A stretch of 39,958 bases of DNA from Gemmatimonadales bacterium (lineage in GTDB: Bacteria > Gemmatimonadota > Gemmatimonadetes > Gemmatimonadales > GWC2-71-9): NCBI GenBank assembly GCA_036391215.1, contig DASWAI010000084.1, positions 1-39,958 of the forward strand, in the 5' to 3' direction. How positions within the stretch are numbered: the first letter of the stretch is position 1; every line of letters begins with the position of its first letter. The notes under the pieces were generated by a model that saw only the letters and a list, made by a program, of their open reading frames with translations, was not told where the DNA came from and searched no databases. Shown here piece by piece: positions 35,141 through 39,958 of this stretch. The position numbers were made by a program, and so were the translations under genes.

Positions 35141-36156
35141 CCAAGCGCGACTTCCTCGCGATGGAGGACTGGAGCGCGGACGCGCTCGCCGGACTGCTGG
35201 CGCTGGCGGCCCGGATCAAGCGGGGAGAGATCGCCGGCGGGCTCGAGCGGAAAGTGCTGGCGATGGTCTTCATGGACCCGAGCCTCCGCACCCGCACCAG
35301 CTTCGAGACCGCGATGTTCCTGCACGGCGGCCACGCCGTGGTGCTGGAGCCGGGGAAGGGGAGCTGGAGCCTGGAGACCGAGCCGGGCGCGGTGATGGAC
35401 GGGTCCACCGTCGAGCACATCATCGACGCCGCGCGCGTCCTCGGGCGCTACGCTGACGCGCTGGCCGTGCGCGCGTTTCCCCGCGGGGCCGAGTGGGCCG
35501 TGGCCCGGCGGGACGACGTGATCCGGAACTTCGCCCGGTACTGCGAGAAGCCGGTGATCAACCTCGAGTCCACCCGGCGGCATCCGTGCCAGGGCCTGGC
35601 GGACGCGCTCACGCTGAAGGAGAAGCTGGGCGAAACCGAGGGCAAGCGCTTCGTGCTCGCCTGGGCCTGGCACCCCAAGGCGCTGCCCACCGCGGTGCCG
35701 GCCAGCGCCGCGATCGCGGCGGCCTCACTCGGCATGGAGATCGTGATCGCCCGGCCCGACGGCTACGAGCTGGACCCGGACGACACGGCGCTCATCCGGC
35801 GCATCGCGCAGGAGCGGGGCGGCGAGTTCGTCCACATCATCAACGACCCGGACGAGGCGCTGGTGGGGGCCGACGCGGTCTACGCCAAGTCCTGGGGGTC
35901 GGTCAAGCTGTTCGGCCGGCCGGAGGAGGAGCACGAGCTCCGGGCGCCGCTCCGCGACTGGCGGGTCACCGAGCAGCGGGTGCGGTCCACCCGCGGCCGG
36001 AAGGGGATCGTGATGCACTGCCTGCCGGTGCGAAGGAACGTGGAGATCGACGACGCGGTGCTCGAGGGCCCCAACTCGGTCGTGGTGGACCAGGCCGAGA
36101 ACCGGCTGCACGTGCAGCGGGCGCTGCTGCTCGAGCTGATCGGGAAGACCGGGTAA
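35137..36156 (+). CDS. argF': N-acetylornithine carbamoyltransferase-type transcarbamylase (argF' family)
   Basis: SLRTRTSFE, GRYADALAVRAF, HPCQGLAD, YAKSWG in place of the OTCase SMG loop, HCLPVRRNV, and ENRLHVQRA. From memory it is colinear with Xanthomonas AOTCase. Confidence 0.85.
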   Translation: MTKRDFLAMEDWSADALAGLLALAARIKRGEIAGGLERKVLAMVFMDPSLRTRTSFETAMFLHGGHAVVLEPGKGSWSLETEPGAVMDGSTVEHIIDAARVLGRYADALAVRAFPRGAEWAVARRDDVIRNFARYCEKPVINLESTRRHPCQGLADALTLKEKLGETEGKRFVLAWAWHPKALPTAVPASAAIAAASLGMEIVIARPDGYELDPDDTALIRRIAQERGGEFVHIINDPDEALVGADAVYAKSWGSVKLFGRPEEEHELRAPLRDWRVTEQRVRSTRGRKGIVMHCLPVRRNVEIDDAVLEGPNSVVVDQAENRLHVQRALLLELIGKTG

Positions 36157-36168
36157 ATCGGAGACGAG

Positions 36169-37104
36169 ATGTCCATCGACACCACGAAAGGCATTGCGGG
36201 GCTGAAGGGCGCGCTCCGCTACGTCCGCGCCTACCGCGACCACGTCTTCGTCGTGAAGCTCGGCGGCGAGGTGCTGAGCGACCCGGACGTGCGCGACCAC
36301 GTCGCCGGCCAGCTGTCGCTCCTCTCGTCGCTCAGCATCCGTCTCGTAGTGGTACACGGCGGCGGGCCCCAGGCGACCGCGCTCAGCCGGCGGCTGGGCC
36401 AGGAGCCGAGGATGGTGGCCGGGCGGCGGGTCACGGACGACGCGGCGCTGGAGGTGGCCAAGATGGTGTACGCCGGCCAGCTCAACGTGGACCTGCTCGC
36501 CGCGCTGCGCGAGCACAAGGTGCAGGCCGTCGGCCTCTCGGGGATCGATGCCGACCTGCTCACGGCGCACCGCCGGCCGCCGGTGTCGGTCGTGGACGAC
36601 GACGGCCGGACGGTCCAGGTGGACTACGGCCACGTCGGCGACATCGACCGGGTGGACCCGCGCGTGCTGGCCACGCTGATGGAGGCGCGGTTCATGCCCG
36701 TGGTCGCGAGCCTGGCGGGCGACGAGGACGGCGGGGTCTACAACGTCAACGCCGACACGGTGGCCGAATCGCTGGCCGTGGCACTCCGGGCGCAGAAGCT
36801 CATCTTCCTGACCGGCGCGCCGGGCGTGCTGCGCGACCGGAACGACCCGACCACCCTCGTGACGTTCGCGGATCCGGACGACCTCGCCGGTCTCATGGCG
36901 AGCGGCGCGCTGGCCGGCGGCATGCGCCCCAAGGTCGAGGCCTGCATCCGCGCCGCCACCAGCGGCGTGGAGCGCACCCATATCATCGACGGCCGCGCGC
37001 CCGACGCCCTCCTGCTGGAGGTGTTCACCGGCGCGGGGTGCGGGACCATGATCGTGGCCCGGAAGGAGAAGGCGACGTACCTGGGAGTGGACCTTGCCGG
37101 GTGA
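36169..37104 (+). CDS. argB: Acetylglutamate kinase
   Basis: VVKLGGEVL, VVVHGGGPQ, VNADTVA. At 311 aa it has only the kinase domain and no fused GNAT. Confidence 0.95.
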   Translation: MSIDTTKGIAGLKGALRYVRAYRDHVFVVKLGGEVLSDPDVRDHVAGQLSLLSSLSIRLVVVHGGGPQATALSRRLGQEPRMVAGRRVTDDAALEVAKMVYAGQLNVDLLAALREHKVQAVGLSGIDADLLTAHRRPPVSVVDDDGRTVQVDYGHVGDIDRVDPRVLATLMEARFMPVVASLAGDEDGGVYNVNADTVAESLAVALRAQKLIFLTGAPGVLRDRNDPTTLVTFADPDDLAGLMASGALAGGMRPKVEACIRAATSGVERTHIIDGRAPDALLLEVFTGAGCGTMIVARKEKATYLGVDLAG

Positions 37105-38164
37105 GATCGAGCTGCTCGCGGAGCTGGTGGGCATTCCGTCGGTGAGCGGTAGCGAAGAGACGATCGCGGGGTTCGTGGAGCAGACGGCGCGCTCGTGGGG
37201 GCTCGACGTCGAGCGGGACGAGACATCGGTCCGGGTGGAGGTGAAGGGCTTCGCCGCCGGCCAGACGCTCGCCTTCGTCTCGCACCTGGACACGGTCCCC
37301 CCCGGGGCCGGCTGGACCCGCGACCCTTTCGTTCCGGCGACCGAGGGCGCCCGGCTCTACGGCCGGGGCTCGGGCGACGCCAAGGCCTCGGTCGCGGCGA
37401 TGCTCTTCGCGGCGCGCGACGTGATGGAGCGCGGGCGGATGGACGCCGGTCGGCTTCTGGTCGTGCTGGGCTACGGCGAGGAGACCAAGAACACCACCAT
37501 GGAACAGGCGGTCGGGCGGATCGGGCAGGTGGACGCGGCGGTGGTCGGAGAGCCCACCAACCTGGACATCGCGATCGCCCAGCGCGGGCTCATGATGGTC
37601 GACCTGATCGCCGAGGGAGACCAGCGCCATGCCGGCTACGCGGCCACCGACGGCGGGTTCACCAACGCGGTCACGGTCCTGGCGCAGGACCTCCTCCGGC
37701 TGCCCCGTCTCTTCGAGGACCGCCCCCACCCGACGCTGGGCGTCACCACCGCCACGCCCACGATGCTCGAGGCCGGCGTGAGTCGGAACGTGACCCCGCC
37801 CGTCGCCAAGGCCGTGCTCGACGTGCGGAGCACACCCGCCTGGACCCACGACGAGATCGCGGACCGGCTCCGGGACTCGCTCGCGTCGCGGGTGGTGGTG
37901 ACCTCGCGCCGCCTGGTGCCGTGCGAGACGCCGCCCGGATCCCGCGTCCTCGGCGCGGCGCTCCGGGCCCGGCCGGAGGCCGCCACGTTCGGCAGTCCCA
38001 CCTGCTCCGACTGGGTGTTCCTGCGCCACGTGGACGCCATCAAGTGCGGCCCCGGCACCAGCCGCCGCTCCCATACGGCGGACGAGTACGTGGATCTCCC
38101 CGAGGTCACCGCGGCCCGCGGGTTCTACGCGGAGCTCGCGCGGGCCTACCTGGGCGGCGCATGA
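37094..38164 (+). CDS. argE: M20 family deacylase (acetylornithine/acetylcitrulline deacetylase)
   Basis: LVGIPSVSG, SHLDTVP, GRGSGDAKA, GYGEETKN, GEPT, SHTADEYV. The TTG start overlaps the argB 3' end. Confidence 0.8.
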   Translation: MPGEIELLAELVGIPSVSGSEETIAGFVEQTARSWGLDVERDETSVRVEVKGFAAGQTLAFVSHLDTVPPGAGWTRDPFVPATEGARLYGRGSGDAKASVAAMLFAARDVMERGRMDAGRLLVVLGYGEETKNTTMEQAVGRIGQVDAAVVGEPTNLDIAIAQRGLMMVDLIAEGDQRHAGYAATDGGFTNAVTVLAQDLLRLPRLFEDRPHPTLGVTTATPTMLEAGVSRNVTPPVAKAVLDVRSTPAWTHDEIADRLRDSLASRVVVTSRRLVPCETPPGSRVLGAALRARPEAATFGSPTCSDWVFLRHVDAIKCGPGTSRRSHTADEYVDLPEVTAARGFYAELARAYLGGA

Positions 38165-39546
38165 GGGCGCGCGCGCGCACGCTGTGGACCGCCGCGCCGG
38201 GACTCGACCGGCGCATGCTCGCCTACACCGTGGGCGACGACCCGCACTGGGACGCAAGGCTCCTCCGCTGGGACGTGCTGGGGAGCCTCGGGCACGTCGA
38301 GGGCCTGCGCGCCGCGCGGCTGCTCTCTGGCGCGGAGCACCGGCGGCTCCGGGCGGGGCTCCGGGCCGCCCTCGTTGCCGTCGAGCGGGGCCGCCTCCGG
38401 ATCGGGCCGGCGCACGAGGACGTCCACTCGGCGGTCGAGGACTGGCTCACCCGCCGCCTCCCGGGCGTGGGCGAGCGGCTTCACACCGGCCGCTCCCGGA
38501 ACGACCAGGTCGCCTGCGACCTCCGTCTCTATCTCAAGGACGCGCTGCTGTCGCTCCACGACGAGGCGCTCGCGCTTGCCGAGGCGCTGCTCGCGTTCGC
38601 CGCCCGGCACCGGACCGCGCTCTGGCCCGGCTACACCCACCAGCGTCGTGCGATGCCTTCATCGGCCGGGCTCTGGGCGCTCGCCTTTGCCGAGGGGCTC
38701 CTCGATACCGCCGAGGCGCTGCCCGCGGTGTGGGCGGCCGTGGATCGCTCGCCGCTTGGCAGCGCGGCGGGGTACGGCGTGCCGCTGCCGCTCCGGCGCG
38801 AGGTCGCGGCCCGGGCACTCGGCTTCGCCGGCCCCGAGCACGCCGTCAGCGCGGTGCAGAACGGCCGGGGGAAGCTCGAGGCCGCGGTGCTGTTCTGGTG
38901 CACGCAGCTGGGCCACGAGACGGGAAAGCTGGCGCAGGACGTCGTGCTCCTGAGCGGCGAGGAGTTCGGCTTTATCGTCGTGCCGCCGAGGCTCGCGACC
39001 GGCTCCAGCATCATGCCGCACAAGCGGAACCCCGACCTCTTCGAGCTGACCCGCGCGCGCGCGGCGCTCGTGGAGGGAGACCTCGCCGCCGTGCTCCATC
39101 TCAAAGGCAAGCTGCCGAGTGGCTACCACCGGGACTTCCAGCTGCTCAAGGAGCCGCTCTTCCGCGGCCTGGACCGGACGCGGGAGATGCTCGCCATGTT
39201 GGCCCATGCCGTGCCCCGGCTCGGCGTGGACCGGCGGCGGGCGGCGGCGGCGCTCGCGGGCGGCACGCTGGCGACCGACGAGGTGATGCGGCGAGTGGAG
39301 CGCGGGCGGGCCTTCCGCCTCGCGTACCGCGAGGTGGCCGAGGCGGTTCGCCGGGGCGAGCCGCTACCCGAGCCCTCGCGGGCCGGCCTTCTGGCGCGCC
39401 GTCGCGCCACCGGCAACCTCGGGAATCTCGGCCTTCCCGCGGTGCGCGCCCGGCTCCGGCGCGCCCGCCGGTGGGCTGAGCGCGAGCGGCGGCGGTTCGA
39501 CGCCGCGATGGCGCGGCTCGCGGGTCCAGGGAGGCGCGGGCGGTGA
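38161..39546 (+). CDS. argH: Argininosuccinate lyase
   Basis: HTGRSRNDQV, GYTHQRRAMP, and the signature GSSIMPHKRNPD. ATGA overlap with argE. Confidence 0.9.
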   Translation: MRARARTLWTAAPGLDRRMLAYTVGDDPHWDARLLRWDVLGSLGHVEGLRAARLLSGAEHRRLRAGLRAALVAVERGRLRIGPAHEDVHSAVEDWLTRRLPGVGERLHTGRSRNDQVACDLRLYLKDALLSLHDEALALAEALLAFAARHRTALWPGYTHQRRAMPSSAGLWALAFAEGLLDTAEALPAVWAAVDRSPLGSAAGYGVPLPLRREVAARALGFAGPEHAVSAVQNGRGKLEAAVLFWCTQLGHETGKLAQDVVLLSGEEFGFIVVPPRLATGSSIMPHKRNPDLFELTRARAALVEGDLAAVLHLKGKLPSGYHRDFQLLKEPLFRGLDRTREMLAMLAHAVPRLGVDRRRAAAALAGGTLATDEVMRRVERGRAFRLAYREVAEAVRRGEPLPEPSRAGLLARRRATGNLGNLGLPAVRARLRRARRWAERERRRFDAAMARLAGPGRRGR

Positions 39547-39958
39547 CGGCCGACCGGAAGCGGCGGCATCTGCGCATCCTGGAGCTGATCAGCACTCGAG
39601 CGGTGCGGACGCAGGAGGAGCTGGCGGACATGCTTGCGGCGGACGGCTGGGAGGTGACGCAGTCCTCGGTGAGCCGGGACATCGCGGCGCTCCGGCTGGT
39701 CAAGATGGACGGCGCCTATCGCCGTCCGCCGCCGAGTCCGCGGGTGGTCACCGACCCGGACGAGCAGCGGATCGCGGAGGGCGTGCTCTCGTGCGACAGC
39801 GCGGGCGATACGTTGGTCGTGGTCCGCACCGCGCCGGGCGAGGCGAACCGGGTCGCGGTGGCGATGGACCGGCTGGCTTGGCCCGAGATCGTGGGGACCA
39901 TCGCGGGAGACGACACGATCTTCGTCGCGGTGCGGGGGGCGGTGGCCCAGCGGCGGGC
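39543..39958 (+). CDS. argR: Arginine repressor ArgR (3' end outside the window)
   Basis: This gene is not in the ORF track; I translated it manually from the GTG at 39543 (GTGA overlap with argH): VTADRKRRHLRILELISTRAVRTQEELADMLAADGWEVTQSSVSRDIAALRLVK...VGTIAGDDTIFV. It shows a winged-helix N-domain and the GTIAGDDT oligomerisation/arginine-binding motif. Confidence 0.85.
   Translation, partial: MTADRKRRHLRILELISTRAVRTQEELADMLAADGWEVTQSSVSRDIAALRLVKMDGAYRRPPPSPRVVTDPDEQRIAEGVLSCDSAGDTLVVVRTAPGEANRVAVAMDRLAWPEIVGTIAGDDTIFVAVRGAVAQRR

Noticed and set aside
1-39958. Mobile elements, prophage, defence systems (restriction-modification, toxin-antitoxin, CBASS-like and so on), tRNA and rRNA.
   Set aside because: I found no integrase, transposase, recombinase, nuclease-helicase or cyclase-effector signatures in any frame, and no tRNA-like cloverleaf candidates in the short intergenic regions. 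The window reads as core chromosome.

Overview
This is a 40 kb, very GC-rich stretch of bacterial chromosome (GC judged by eye, not computed). Genes are densely packed, and many neighbours overlap by 4 nt (GTGA or ATGA). I saw no rRNA, tRNA, CRISPR array, transposase, integrase, phage or recognisable defence genes. All family calls come from motifs I recognise, because no database search was possible. Left to right, the window holds:
- a partial M24B aminopeptidase;
- a caa3-type cytochrome c oxidase operon (ctaC-D-E-F-G);
- a long minus-strand block: YceI, DUF423, a DECR-like SDR, a crotonase, a plant-type FabI, and a YbbP/YbbA-like ABC transporter divergent from a TesA-like SGNH esterase;
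- a class-V aminotransferase, a secreted hypothetical protein, an FMN reductase and OsmC;
- several secreted peptidases (S46, M16, and a tandem M42 pair);
- a hybrid histidine kinase, an AI-2E transporter, an OmpA protein with thrombospondin-type-3 repeats, and a cupin;
- a nine-gene arginine operon: argG, unknown gene, argC, argD, argF', argB, argE, argH, argR.

The most interesting item is the unknown 387-aa P-loop protein (31786-32949). It is translationally coupled inside an arginine operon that encodes every step except glutamate N-acetylation. That makes it a candidate non-canonical first-step enzyme, but this is inference only.

Other points worth a second look:
- an ARG-box-like palindrome overlapping a promoter that implies a leaderless argG mRNA;
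- two copies of a roughly 85-95 nt palindromic element with heptad-periodic arms, sitting at convergent gene junctions and supplying stop codons;
- a different repeat hairpin in the argG-X spacer;
- a catalytically dead M42 paralogue coupled to an intact one, both with signal peptides;
- a hybrid kinase whose ATP-binding domain looks degenerate;
- tesA/ybbA/ybbP synteny with start codons only 6 bp apart.
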